From Curvularia clavata (taxonomy: Eukaryota): DNA of 64,000 nucleotides. Of this stretch, positions 23,416 through 37,416 are shown one piece after another. Below the pieces are notes generated by a model. The model made no database searches. It had not been told where the DNA came from and worked only from the letters and a program-made list of their open reading frames with translations. Position 1 is the stretch's first letter; the number at the start of each line of letters is the position of its first letter. The DNA lies in contig CP089274.1 in NCBI GenBank assembly GCA_023920165.1, forward strand, positions 1,860,001 to 1,924,000, in the 5' to 3' direction. A program made the position numbers and the translations under genes.

Positions 23416-26400
23416 ACGACGACAGTCGACGCTACTCTGCTCAACTCTACGCTACGCTACGCTATGCTGCTCTATCTATTCTTCCGGCTTTGGCCAGTCG
23501 ACTTTTATTCCCAGGAGGACACGACCCACGTTGTCCGTTTACTTTCGCTTAAGATACCCTGATATGTTGTATATCGGTCGCTATGATTTGATTTGGGCTG
23601 GATTTACTTGTTTCGGTTCGATTCGTCTGGTCTGCAAATGCAGCGCCCTTTTTTTTTTCTTCTGGTTACCACACTTTGCATGGCTATGGCGTTTCGACAC
23701 ATTCACACACTAGAACGTGTTCCCGGGGGTCCCTTGGACTTATTCCCAGGAGGCACGCATGACGGACAGAAGGCTTGTTAGGAACAGGGTGTATATAGGA
23801 TGCATATAGCGGCACTGCCGCCCACAGTAGCTTGGTAGATACGAGGTGACGTTCGCTGACGGCGGGACGTGGCTCTCAATCACAGACTTTGCTGCTGCAG
23901 ACATGTGTTCCAGTTTGTGATTACCGGAATGGGTCTTGGTGTCGCTCTCGCCGTGATGCATGCCCTGGCCCTCGCCCTGGTGCCCTGAAACCCAAGCCAT
24001 AGCCGTTGCACGCGCATGGTGGAAGCGTCTGCGTTCGTCTAGGGCACATCACGCCAGAGGGGTCGTCTTTGGCTCGCGTCGGGAGTTAATTGTGCGCGAG
24101 ACCGACGGGGCTAGCGGGAGGCCTGAAGTCCTAAGCCCTTCCCTTCCCTTCCCTCGACAAGGCTGACTGGCCATGTCCGCCCCCGTCGACTAGGGCGGAG
24201 CGCGCGACCTGCGACCCTGTCAGCACTCAGCCTGTCCACCAATCACATGACGTCGCCCTCGTTTGCGTAATCATGGCAAGCGAGCGTCTTGCTCCGGCCT
24301 GTCCACCACCGCCAGCATGGCCGTCTCGCCCTCAGGCCGCTACACAAACCTTGTCGAGTCGCTGCCGCACTGCCGCCAACGACATGGCCCTTCCCGGAAA
24401 CACGGGCGATGCGATGGCCATCTGCGGCTGCTCACCACAGAGTCGGTCGTCGCCCACACGTCGTCTGTCTAGTCGCTTTGCAACAGAGCCCCCCCAGGCC
24501 AGTTCAAGACGGCTGCGACACCACCCGCCTGCATGCCATACCGCCGCTCGACTACACCATGTACAGTCAGACGTGCGGCCTGCACGTCAATGTATCAAGA
24601 CGAGAACATGACGTTGGCTGAGGGCGCTGTCACTCGGGTCGGGCTTGCAAACCATGGTCCCATCACACACGGCCGCTGCACACCACCGCACCCAAGTGGT
24701 TCCATGCCGCGAGCGCTTTGCTGTCTTGGGCCCAACTGAACGGCGAGCGCCGACTCGGCATCAAATCAAGACTCGCTTGCCGCTCTCCAAGAGGGCGCGC
24801 GCGCGTTTCTATTTTGCTCCAACACATGCTCGCGCTAGTGCACGCCGTGCACAAACATCAACAACACACCATTGCAATCGCGGCGCGGCTAAGGCTCAAT
24901 AGCGTCCAGGTCACGGTGCGACTCTTCATTCTTCGCGTGGCCCTCTTATGATTTCGACACGTACCAGCTGACGGCATCTCTTCCTTCCGGGCGGCAACCT
25001 TGTCTGCGCCGTTTGATGCGCCCGTTAACCATCCAACCACCATGGCCCAGCCGCTGACGGCTCGCACACCGTGACTGTGGATTCGCTTGCTGTCGTCTTT
25101 GGGCGCTCTTAGCTGTGCCGCCACGAGGTGGCTGTCTGCATCCTTCGCTTCGCTACTCGTCATCTCGTACAACTGCCCCTACATGGCCATCCAAACCCCT
25201 GTCGTACCGGTCAAGATAGCGGACATGGGTCTGTTCCGATAGGGTCTAGAGGCAACTCCGCTCTTCTCCAGTAGCCTATCCACATGCTGGGTAGGGCAGA
25301 TCCGGGTCGCGCTACTCGAACCCTCATTTCTGCCCTCCTCTGAGCGCCTCCCGTGGTCCCCGGGATCCGTTGCGGGCTTGTCGTCATAGTTGGCTTGTAT
25401 CCCCCTCCTTCTCTTCTTCCTCGCCTCGCGTTTCATTGAATTCCCAGTCCATGCCCAACAAGTTTCACCGTTGCTGCCATGGCGCCAGAAGGGGGCACAA
25501 GCAGCCACCAGATTATTACAACACCAACCCTTTTGTCATGTGGTGTCCTTCTGCACGTCGCATCGCCAGCGAACCCATCATCTTGCCTGTGTTCTCGGCC
25601 CATCTTTTTTTCTTCTTCTGTCAGTCTGGCCGAATCACTCCAATCGATGCATCGACCGTGCATGAATGAATATGGGGTTGCCATCGAGAGAACCCTGAAG
25701 TTGATCAACGGCTTTGGGAAAACACTGCGCCAGCCGCTCCGTGCGCTTTTCCAACAACTATATCGCCGACTTAGCGCAGCACTTTTATGATCATGGGGAC
25801 GAACAGGTTTCAGACGTCCTATTTTGGCCAGCACGACGAGATGACTACGAGAAATGATGAACGAACGGCCAACCACTGTCCCGACCGATCACCGCGGAGC
25901 CACTCTTCACTAAGGGGGTACCCAGGATCCACTCTTCGTTGGCTGTCATCTCTCTTCTGGTGAGCTACTTACTACGTTCAACACTCTGCCGGATATAATG
26001 CAAGATGACTCAGAAAGCACATGCCGGAATCAGGCTAGAATCCCAAATTCGCATCCCTTCCAGCGTCTCCATCGTCTTAACATCGTTTAGGAAAGTTCGT
26101 CGAACGAGTTGCTTGACTCGCGGCGCGCTTCTTCATCTGATAGGCTGGCTCGGGTTCCAGGTACCTAATTCCGCAGACTACCAGCCGCCAAGGCGCAGTG
26201 GGTACCTGGCGCGGAATTCCCTCTAGCGGCTCGGAAAACAAGGGAGTTGGAGCATTAGGGCACTTTGTTCCTGAATGCAATGCTCGAACAACTTTCTCGC
26301 CCAGCCTATGTGGGGGGCTAAGCTAACACCCGCAAAGGAGAGTCTAGTGCCGCATAAGGCAAAATATGAGCACCGACAATCTGCATCTTGACCACAAGGG

Positions 26401-28696
26401 AAGGTGCAAAGAGAAATTCAGCTTCTAAACATCTGGAACGTCAAAAATACTCCCGACCCGCTCCGTGACGCAGATTTGTGTTAGAAGACAGAAAAAAAAT
26501 TGCGTGTCTCCCGTGCGCATTTACCTCCCAACTCAACGTGGCCCAACCCGAAGGGCGCTACAAGCGGTCTTGTGAATGGCTTTGCATTTGAGACCACACA
26601 TGCAAACACAGGCATAAACCCTGCACTGCATCTACCTACTAGCTCGAGTCACGACAACTAGGCGATGTGCCCAACACTGATCGCGCAACAGGCGACAGCA
26701 ACGACGGACGATTTTTGTTATGGTAAATGGTTTCTTTAGCGTCGTTGTCATAACGCAAAGCTACGGCATAGTAAGCCGATTCGACCACTGTCATGTGAAG
26801 ATACTCGCCCACTGGATAATATTGTTTTGAAGACAGAATCAGTATGGTAATATCAGCAACTACACAATATGTGCAAGGTACATCTCGTTATTTTATTGTA
26901 CCGGAATGAGTCAAAGCAGCATCCAAGCATTTAGGAAGATATATTTGGACCATCGGCAGCTAACCGGATTCTCATTGTTCGAGACATTTTCTTGTCGCGC
27001 CAATTATCCGTGGCCTATCTCTACGTGCTTACCATGTTATAGTTGAAAAGCCAATCATTGTATTGCAGTTGACTGGGCTTGTACACAAGACAAGCTGATA
27101 CCAATGCAGAGCGTCTGCTATATCTCTACCGCTGCTAGACTATACGAAGACACCCCGGATTTGCAAGACCGGCGTGATCGATATGCCAGGATGAAAACCA
27201 ATGATTAAATTCCAGATTTATCGAATCTCGATGCAAGCTGAAATTGCGAGGCAGAAAACAGGATATCGCAGCGTTCAGAAGGAAGCCCAGAGTGACCGGT
27301 CACCATAAGAATAGTAACAATAGCCATCTCAACACCAAGTGTACTATATACCAAGTATATTGCTCAATGCAAAGCCCATCCAACTCGGATATCGCAAAAC
27401 TTCCCAAAAAGCCACCATTGTGCGACCTTCTACACGTGATGTGTTGCTAACGGCAATCCCGCCCTCTGTCCCGGGACCGCCAGCCACACCGCCGCACAAT
27501 CGATCTTACAAGCATGGCCCAATTCATCCTTCAGGATTTGTACACATCCAAAAATACCCTTCCTTGCCCTGTCCTGCATGTAGTAGTCTACTCGAGGGTG
27601 TTTGAAAAAGGGCCATGCCTATTGCAGCCCCCAGGCAGCAACCAAGTAGACAACAAACGAACAACACAGACCGGACAGGGACATGGGTAGCCAAACCCAA
27701 CGGTCGGGATCACGCCCAGCAACTAGCAAAGTAGTCGTGGGGTCCAAAAGACATGCCTCTTGCGCCCCACCCCCCTGTCCTGTCTCCGTTCCACATACAC
27801 ACACGCAGCACCCCCGCGCCCCCTTGCTCCATCGACCCGCGATGGCGCGAAATTTACTCAGATAGGCTTGATGTCGCGAGATGAAGTGCGCTAAGCAGTG
27901 TTGAGCTTGGTGCTAGGGGTGTGGGTCTTGCGATGCTGTGCCCCCCTCCCACTCCAACCCCCATGTCACGCATATGGCGGAGCACCTCTCTCGCCGCTTT
28001 AAGGGGAGTATCGTAGCCGAAAAAAAGAGGGTGCGCTGTGCGCACTGAGTGCATGTGCGTGACGGACGAGTGGAGCAGAGGGGCCCAAGGAACAGTGGGG
28101 ACTTGGAGACTGGGAACAAGCACAAGCTGCTCTTGCTCTTGCGCTGCGCTGCGCTCTTGAGCTAGGAATGAATGCAGGGGTAAGCGGGAAATATGTGGAG
28201 CCGAGAGGGAAAATGATGAGGTGCTTTTTTTTCTTCTGGCTCTGCTTTCGTACGTACCGCAAAGAGAGTCGCTTTGGGACTTTTACCTTTTTCTCACTTA
28301 GGAATGGCCTTGGATCCCTCCCGTAGCGCACACCTTGCGCGGCTGTTCCTTGCTGCTTTGGGGCTTGGCCGCTGTCCTTGGTGATTTTTTTGCTTGCCGT
28401 TGCTTGTCGGATACTTGCTTCCTTTTACTTTTTTGCTCATTGGCCTGGAACTTTTTTGGTTTCCATTCGGTACTTGCAGATGTGAGGCTGTGTCTGTTGT
28501 CTGATCGCATTTTTTGTGCACACGAGTCACGCAGGATTGGGATTGTGGGCCATAGAATCCCATGTACAGTGTATCTGTATGTACCTGCGTGCGTCCTGGG
28601 TACGGACAAGGTATGGACAAGTATTCTCGGAGTGTCGGCATGTCGGAGATCGGACTAAGGGGTTCGATCGCGTGTCGGGAGAGCTTGTTTAGCTTA

Positions 28697-28748
28697 GACG
28701 ACGATGACAACAACAACAACGACAACGACAACGACAACAACAATAACG
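28697..28748. repeat. Compound trinucleotide microsatellite (GAC/AAC)n
   Basis: gacgacgatgacaacaacaacaacgacaacgacaacgacaacaacaataac read directly. Confidence 0.85.
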
Positions 28749-30858
28749 TTTGAGCCAGTAGCATTCTTTGGTACCATGTGAAGCCATGGTCTCGCTACAC
28801 AGCCTGCGACTCATGCTCGTGTTAGTAATCGCTTACCCTAGTTTGTTTATCTCCAGGGGACAGGACCACATGTTTGAAGGGTGCAAATGTACCTGGCGTG
28901 CTAAGTACAACCCTGCATATATTTTCCTTTATACCAAACACATACACAGCGCAGCTGTATTAAACAATTACCCCTACACACTTTGTTCATACAACCCATC
29001 ACCCTCGTCATCTGCCGTAGCCAAGCCACCGCAATAACGCTCTCGACCGTGAATTCTACGGACCGAAAGCAAACCGCATTTCGCGTCTATGTATAGCTTT
29101 CTTTTTCCCTAAACAGGCAAATTTCGGGACCACGCCAAACTGTTGCCCTCGCAGCCAAGCCCAGCTTGTAGCTTGTACCGGTGAAAAAGAAATTACCACT
29201 TGGTCCCTCGGAAGATACCAAAGCTGCGGCTTCTAGCCCAGAAACCTAATCATTCAACACGCGAAACAGGCGTTGAACAGGGTGCTTGCAGCGTCATCAC
29301 CTTTTCACAACGATTACCCACTTTTCCTCAATGAGCAGCGCGCTATCCTAACAAGGGAGAAAACAAGCGAGTACAACGATCGGATACATCAAACTATGCT
29401 ACAAAACCGTCGCCGATTTACCTCGTAGTCGGTCCGAAAGAAAACAAGCTGCACTGGGCAACAATATGCCAAGCACCGCTGTTGGTCGCGCATGTCTGCT
29501 GCCTAAACCATATGTACACCATCCGACGACTTCTCACGGCGTAAACGAAAGAGCGAGAGAGCGAGCGCATTGGGCATTGAGGAAATTGGATCAACAGCAA
29601 TGGCGAACGCAATTAGTCGTGTCGTGATGGTTGACTGATTTACTTGCAACATATACCTCACCATGTCCTCCTACATACATACCCTTGGTTAGGCATTCTA
29701 CATACTGTACATAGTAGGCGTACCACAAGTCCACACTTCTCCAACGCCCCTGTTCCGACAACAGTCTCAGCACCCCGTTGGTACAGGCCCGATGCGCGTA
29801 GGCAGCGCACCGCTACAGTGGGTCCCGGAGTACCTAGTTCGGATACGGTATGCTCTGCGCCGCCGCTGGGGCTCGTGGTTCGTGGCAATAGGCCCAGACA
29901 ACGGGCGTAAGCCGGCGCTGGAAAGTGTCCCCAACACATCCCATGGTCTCGTCTCGTGTTGTGTGCGCGACCTGTAAGTGTACCACCATGATGATGCCTT
30001 GTCGATCGCGGTTCGGGCAGGGCGAGATCAGCAACGCTTGTCTTTGTGCTAGTGGGGAGCGGCATTGGGAATAACGGGGTTAACGGCATAAGCGGCAGGG
30101 CAAAGTCATAAGACACGCTTTTGTGCGGCGGAGATTGGATGCAAAACCCGAGATGGTGAGAGCATGTTTTTTTCTTTGTGTGAGCTGAATGATGGGCACG
30201 GTACGTATGAGACATGGATGTGCCAAGATGCCATGTCCCATTGCCAGAAGCGGTACATCGTATGATTTTGCGAGGGGTTTAAATCACTAATCGGGAAATT
30301 GCGTGATGGGATGCCGATGAAGCCGAATCGTTGTGCCGAAGGCAGGCTGCTTCTTTCATTTGTTCTTTTCTTGATGTCCGCTTGTATCTTTGGGTGCTGT
30401 GGTTGTAATCCTGATACGGTTGCCCGTTCTACTATGTACTCCGTTGTGCTGCTTTTACGCCTTCGGACTCGAAACGCTTGGGACCATTTTGTTGCCAACA
30501 CCATGAAGTTGATAAGACTAATGCGAGCCTAAGAGACCATTTTTATGATACCCAAAAAAGACGAACAGCATCTGTACAGCTCGCAATACCCAGTCTTCAT
30601 TTTAACCCGACACACCTTGCAGTTGCTGGCTCTCGCATGTGCTTCTGGTTCCCTGATCTCAATCTCCAATCTGGCTCTCTCATTTAATTCTCTGACCCAA
30701 TCTCTGACATGTTGTTGGGCTTGCATGTTGCTATCCTCCCAACCAGTCTCTCATCCATGACCCACCACTCTGTGCCATGTAGTGGATATCAACCGCCTCA
30801 ACTGTGAGACATTGCTATATCTCGGGTTGACTTGGCGACTTCCTACACATATCCAACC

Positions 30859-31305
30859 TCATGTAGACGGAGGTCCGAAATGAGGCCATCCATCATCAGG
30901 CATATCGTCATCGTGAACGAATCGCCAGAAGCCATATATGAGACCCAGAAAGATCAGGACGACTAGTAATTGCCCGAGCCACTCCGGTAGCGCACGATCG
31001 GACGAGTCGACTTCGCTGCTCGCTATCGACGAGTCCTCCGGGAAGTGAGTAAAGGTACCGTACCCCGGCGGCGCCCCGCTGATGGCAACAGCATCGTCAT
31101 ATGAAGGCGGGGGTTCATCGTTGTGTGGAAGTTCCTCAGGCAGTAGGTATATAGGCGATTCTTGGAAAGAATCATGTTGGTGGTAGTCCTGGCGGTCGGA
31201 TGTGGCTACAGGTGGGGCGGGTGGTGGGACATGTGAAGCCTGACATGGTTAGTCTTGGCCTGGATATGGCATTCTGCAAGAACTTACTGGCGCTGCGTCG
31301 TGCAT
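30859..31305 (-). CDS. Small single-pass membrane protein with two PPxY motifs (~132 aa)
   Basis: Absent from the ORF track. Exon 1 31305-31288 (MHDAAP), intron 31287-31240 (GTAAGT...ACTAAC...CAG), exon 2 31239-30859: ASHVPPPAPP...EPPPSYDDAV...APPGYGTF...LPEWLGQLLVVLIFLGLIYGFWRFVHDDD...PST*. An additional upstream exon cannot be excluded. Confidence 0.75.
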
Positions 31306-31628
31306 TATACATACATTAGCCACAAAAGTTAATGGTCCATTTGCCCAGGCGTCATGGTGGTCGTGGTGAAGAGTGTGGCGGCGGTCGCGTGTGGCGCGCG
31401 TCATAAAGGCGTCGCATGTGAACGCCCATGTTCCACGTCGCGCGAGGGCAGGCGGCCCGAGCTTTTGCGGAAGTGCTGCGTGTCGGATTGCGACGACAGG
31501 CAAACGTATACTTACACTTCACCAACCAGGCAGCTGATTGACTGTATCCGCCCAGCACGACCATCGGTCACAGAATGTCCAGCAATCTGCCAGCTAATTC
31601 TGCAAAATAAACAATCTGCCAGACAAGC

Positions 31629-34600
31629 ATGGCCGCTGATTCTCCTGCTAACCTGCACATATTCTCACCAACAGGGTCCGGTCGATCCAGTCCTGTGCCG
31701 CGGGCCTCGCGCAATGCGGTCGAAGAGCGTGGGTTTCTGCTTTTTTTCATTCTCTCCTGCTCATGGGCTAACCCGGCATGTACAGCTTTGTATAAAAAGG
31801 ACAAGGGATTCCGACGATATGCCGCCGGTGTTGAACGGGCCCTCGCTCTTTGGGACACTGCTCAGCAGGAATGGGCCGACTATATTTCATTCCTAGCAAG
31901 GCTACTAAAGGTCAATACTGCTATACTACCGCCTACATGAATCACGACGCTTATTTATATGTCCCGTCCAGGCCCTGCAGGCGCAATCGTCAGAGATACC
32001 CGTCATACCTCATAGCGATACAGTCGCACTGCGATTAGCGCAGTGCTTGAATCCAACATTGCCCTCGGGCGTCCACCAGAAAGCTCTCGAGGTCTATGAC
32101 TATATCTTCTCTACCATTGGTGTATGCCTGTTCTATCCCACATATGTCCGGTTGGCAGACGCTGACCCATGCCCAGAAAGATGCCCTCGCCCGTGACCTA
32201 AATCTTTACTTCCCCGGCCTTGCTCCCGTGCTCTCCTTCGCCTCCCTCTCGGTTCGCCCACTCTATCTGTCCCTTTTCGAGAAACACATCCTCAAGCTCG
32301 ACGGACCTGCTCTTCGGCCGGCCTTGAAGGCTGTTATACTCTCGCTTCTCCCAGGCCTGGAGGATGAAACGAGCGAAGATTTTGAGCAGATGGTGTCTGC
32401 GACTGAGAAACTGCGCAATGCTGTCCAGGAAAATTCAGGCGAGGTAGCCGAATCGAGGGCAAGTAGTGGTTCGTCTCATTTTTGGCAGTGTTTCTTCCTG
32501 GCCACCATCACAAATGCGTCTAGAAGGCAAGGTGCACTTGCATTTCTTACACGCCATTTACCAAAGTTCGGTTGGTCGGGCCGTCGCAATTCTCCATCTG
32601 ATGCTACAACGCCATCCGAAAACCTTTCAGCCGAAGCCGAGGCAGCTACGTCCCCAGAGCCAGGTCTCTTGATACGTTGCTTCGAATCAGGCCTTTCAGA
32701 TCCGCAAATACTCATTCAACGCGGATTTCTTGACTTGCTCGTCACCCACCTACCTCTTGATTCTCCTGTCTTACAAGAGCGCGTTGGTAAGGGAGACTTG
32801 GAACGACTTGTTGCAGCAGCGGCTGGTGTAGTATCACGAAGAGACATGAGTCTGAATCGCCGACTCTGGGCATGGTTCCTTGGGCCTGAGCCTACAGTAC
32901 TGGACACCAATGAGGGCGTCACTTCTCCCACATCAGAGCACAACGGACCCGCAGATGCTTCCGCCCATCAAGCTGCTTTTTTCTCACGATATGGTCTCGA
33001 AGCACTGACGAATAGCGTGCTTAAAATGATAAACCGTCGCAGTGATGTCCCCGTCGAGAGAGCACGTCCTTTTAGAGTCTGCTTGTCTCTCATGGATCGT
33101 TGGGAGGTAGGTGGGTTAATCGTACCCGAGATTTTCCTCCCAGCTCTGCAAAGCGTTCACTCGTACAGCGAAACTGCCGCCAGAGACCAGGTTGACGAAG
33201 TGGTGAGAAGTGCCAGTGCATTCTTTGATGGTGTCGACAGCGGCTTGATTTGGGGCAAGCTCATTTACCTCATCAAATCGTCTCTCCAGACAAATTCGGC
33301 TTCTCGTGACGAGGCCTTACAAAAGATGAAGCTGGCAAAGTTTGTTCTTGCGCGCTTCAACCTCAAAGAAGAGGATATGCTGCTGCACCACATGCCTCTG
33401 ATGATCCTTTCGACATTGACCTGCTTAAACGACTCTCCCGACACATCCATTACCCCGTCAATGGACAGGGAAGTCAGGAGCCTAGCTTTGGAGATTACAG
33501 ACTCACTCGTTCAGATTGTGCCAGATCGCTCATTCCAGGGTGGTAAAGCAACGAACCAACAACTTTCCGAAGCCCTGAAGACATCTTCAGCAAGCGTGGC
33601 TCAGAAGCTCCGAGAGTTCTATGAAGAGTCTCAAGGAAGCCTCGACGCGGCAGATCTTCCCTTTGACCCGAGGCAGCTGGGACAGATTATCCTCCGTGAA
33701 GCTTCGCGCATGTTCATAACGGCTTTACAATCGAATGGCTCTCACAATTCTGCTGAAACACTTTCCAGAATTCTTGCGAATTTGATTTTCAAAATCCAGT
33801 GCTTAGACGCAATCGAAGAGACTGATCTACCAACGGCGTTTGGGGAAATTCTTCAAATGCCATCTGGTGCCGAGCTCAGTCTGTCATTTTCTCGATTGAG
33901 TGCTACAACTAGTGTCCTAGTGGCACTCCAGACTGCACTTCCATCCGGACCTTATATAGCGTCAGCTCGACTGTCTGAGCTTGTCTATCCTCTGGTCGAA
34001 TTCTTATGGCAATACCTCTCGCCAACACTGCCCAAGTACCATGTCGAGACGGCTCGGTGTTTGCTACTACTACACTCGATAGCTCCTGCAAGCCGAATGG
34101 TTGAGAGCGCCATATCTTCCATCATTGTAAAGCAAATGTCCCAAACACCTGCGTTGGAGGGATCTTCGAACTGCGCTCGACGATTTGCCACACTCTGGAC
34201 ACATGTCATGCACGAGTTGAGTTTACAGTCAGAGAAGCGCCCAAGTACCACGCGTCGACCGAGCGGCAACGCCCTTCCTGTCTCGGTACCTGCCGGCGAC
34301 TTCCACGCTGTCTTGACAAGGCCGCTGCTTTTACTTCTAGACACTGTGAGCGAAGAAGGCTCTGAAACATCCACTTTTATGCAGGACTGGCTGCATGACG
34401 TGCCAAGTTTGAGCCGTGTCATCGAAATACTCGCAGTTCACATCCAGTCGATGAACTGCATAGCGGACTCGAGCAAACTGACGCCTGAACAAGCCGCTCA
34501 AAGGCGTCAGCCATTGCCAAAAAGAGACGACACCAAAGAGTGTCTGTATTACCTTAAGCACATCTTCAATGTCATCAAAAGGCCATCGCATCTTACCTGG

Positions 34601-37416
34601 GCGACACTTGCTGAAATGACCATCATCTGGTCAGAAGAATCCTCGTCACGGATTTCAATTCAGGAATGGCTTGTACGTACATGCTTGACGACATTAGGGC
34701 TCCGGGCCAATACACCCGACACCGACACCGAGCCACATATCCACGAATTACACAGACTTTCTGTCTCGGTCATATCACAAATCTATCGGAGTCCATTCGC
34801 TGCTCCACTTCGGGATCTCGAACTCGAAATACCACTTACGAACAGACTCAGATCAGCCAACCCGTCTTTGCAAAGTCTGCTACTGGGCGCAGTGCTGGCC
34901 GCGTTGAGATTGCGCCTCACACGTCTGCCAGAGCAGGAGCCTGAAACGAAGACGCTTACTGTCCCACCTACAAACCGCTCACGTCTATCTTTGACACTAG
35001 CTAGGGAGCCCGAAAATGATGAGCCTGCGCCCATCCCACCGCCTCCACAGCTGATTGAATGCTTGAAGTTTGGCTTCTCTTCGCCTAGCAGTCGCTTGGT
35101 CCTAGAAGACTGGATTCATTTCCTCGTCGAGGTTCTGCCAATGTTCGCTGATACCATCTTCCAAAACCTCCTTCCCCTAGTAGAATGTCTTTGCAAGCAG
35201 ATTAATGACACATTCGAGCATCTCAAAACCACCTTCTCAAAAAGCGAGGCGCCCCAGGCAGTATCACCGGAGTCGACATTGATATCACTTATGAATGGCT
35301 TGGAACAAATTTTGGCCAAGGCACACGAACGTCTGACGACTCAAGAAACAAAAGTTTCTGCCAACAAAACGCCCGAGCAGCCCCAAGGCTTCTTCAGTAA
35401 CGTGGTGTCGGGCGTGTTTGCCTCCGAAACAAGCCAGACACGCACTCCCACAGCGAACAGCAGGCTGACCGTTCTGCTTTGCTTTCAAGACACTGTTCGC
35501 ATCTGCTTTTCTATCTGGTCATGGGGAGGCTACGGCCAAAGGAAAGAGGCACAGGATCCTATATCAGCAGCGTCGTTTGCGTACACATCGTTACGCATGC
35601 GCAACCGAGCTCGCCGCACTTTGGAACATCTCTTTGGTGCCGAAGCACTGGAATGCCTAGAAACGTTGGCGGTGCTGTGGGCTCACGCAGCAGTCGACGA
35701 CATTCAGGGACCTGCGATCATGGGGCTACTAAACGTCCTCAACGGCTCTAAGCCGAAACACACCATTCCAGCGATCTTCAATGCTGTCTACAGTCGAACC
35801 GACCCCGGTGCGCTGGAGTCCAGCAGACTATCCACGTTGACCTCTGACCTCGTCGATGCTGAATTGGTTGCCTTCCTTGTTGAGTATACAGATTCTTTAG
35901 AGGATGACGCCATGGATGAAATATGGCAGGACTGCATGCTATTCCTCAAAGATGTCCTTGGCAACCCATTGCCACATCGGCAAATCCTACCAATCCTCTT
36001 AGAGTTCACGGCTGTCATAGGGCAGAAAGTCGACAATACCAACTTTGGGGAGCAGCGGAAAATGAGAAGGGAGCTTGCCGTAAGTGTCCATGTTTGATTG
36101 TCTTAAACATTCTAACGCTCTTCTAGGATATTTTTGCGAGAATTCTCACTGCCATATTCACAACGCGCTCAATGGGCTATTTGCATGACTCAAGGCAAAG
36201 CCCCATTGAGAAACCATCCGCAACAACGAACGGAGGCCGTGCGCAGAGACGAGCAACTGACGTTGTCTCTATTCTCACTACTGTCGTTCCCAAGCTTCCA
36301 ACCATCCTTGTGGAGAATGATCGGGTTACAAAGGTCGTATCAGACATATCCACATCTGTTATTGGCCCCACTTTCCGCGCCAAAGCATTTCCCGAGAACG
36401 TGTCAAAGAACATGTTGGACCTGCTTCAGGGCCTTGTCAAAATCTCACAAAACAACCGGCTTCTCAAGAAAGATATCTATGATGCTTTCAACGACGCAAA
36501 GTTCTTCAACATGCCACTTGCCCTGCTAAGAAATGCATGGCTGCCTATCCTGGCACAGTGGACGCAATCGGATAAAGAGCGTGTGCCAGAGCTGCTGTCA
36601 CGACTATCTGCACCGACAACGGCAGGCATCATGTTTGGTGTTGGCGCTACATCTGCTCGACAAGAAGCGGACCGCAAGACGCAGCTCACGCTACGGCGCA
36701 TCGCGTTGCTCATTCTAAGCAGCTCCGAAGACGCCTTTACACCCAATATACCACAGTTCCTCGAGAAGATTGTGGAGTTGCTCACGGCCACTCCAGCGTC
36801 ATCGCCTTCATCCATAACTCGGGCTGAAGTCATTGTGCTACTCCGCGCCATTATCCTGAAGACATCACCAGTTCACCTTGCGCCACTGTGGCCAGTAGTG
36901 AATGGTGAGTTGACGTCTGCTTTATCCGCACTTCTGCCCGACGCAGCGAACAAGGACCACTACAACAACGCCGGCATCATCCAGAGCTGCAAGCTGTTGG
37001 ACGAGCTCGTTGTTCTAGATCCCGACGACTTCCAACTAATGGAGTGGCTTTTCATCACAGACACGATTGATGCAGTATACAAGCCCGTCGATCCGCCCAC
37101 GGTCATGTCGCTCACTGATGAGATCAACGAAGTTCTAAGCATGTCTTCATCAGCACCTGCAGCGTCTCTGACTGCACAGCACGGGTCTGACATGGAGGAG
37201 CCAAAGAGGACACTGCTTCTGGATCCGCTGATCGTGGCTTTGGAAAAGGAGGAAGGCGCGGCCGTTTTGGACATGACTAGAGGAGAGCTAATCAACCGAT
37301 TGGTCAGGCCGTTTCTAGGCAATTTAGCGATGAATGCTTTTGAAGCGAGATACGGAGGTGGAAGAGCGGATTGGCAAGGTGTATGGGAGAGTGTGGTTGC
37401 AGACGCAGGGTCTTGA
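31629..37416 (+). CDS. DOP1: Dopey protein (Dop1/DopA), ~1855 aa, endosome/Golgi trafficking and morphogenesis
   Basis: Exons 31629-31728, 31786-31910, 31972-32121, 32177-36079, 36127-37416. Dopey N-terminal signature [17 protein letters not shown]...[48 protein letters not shown]-terminal [18 protein letters not shown]. Confidence 0.95.
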
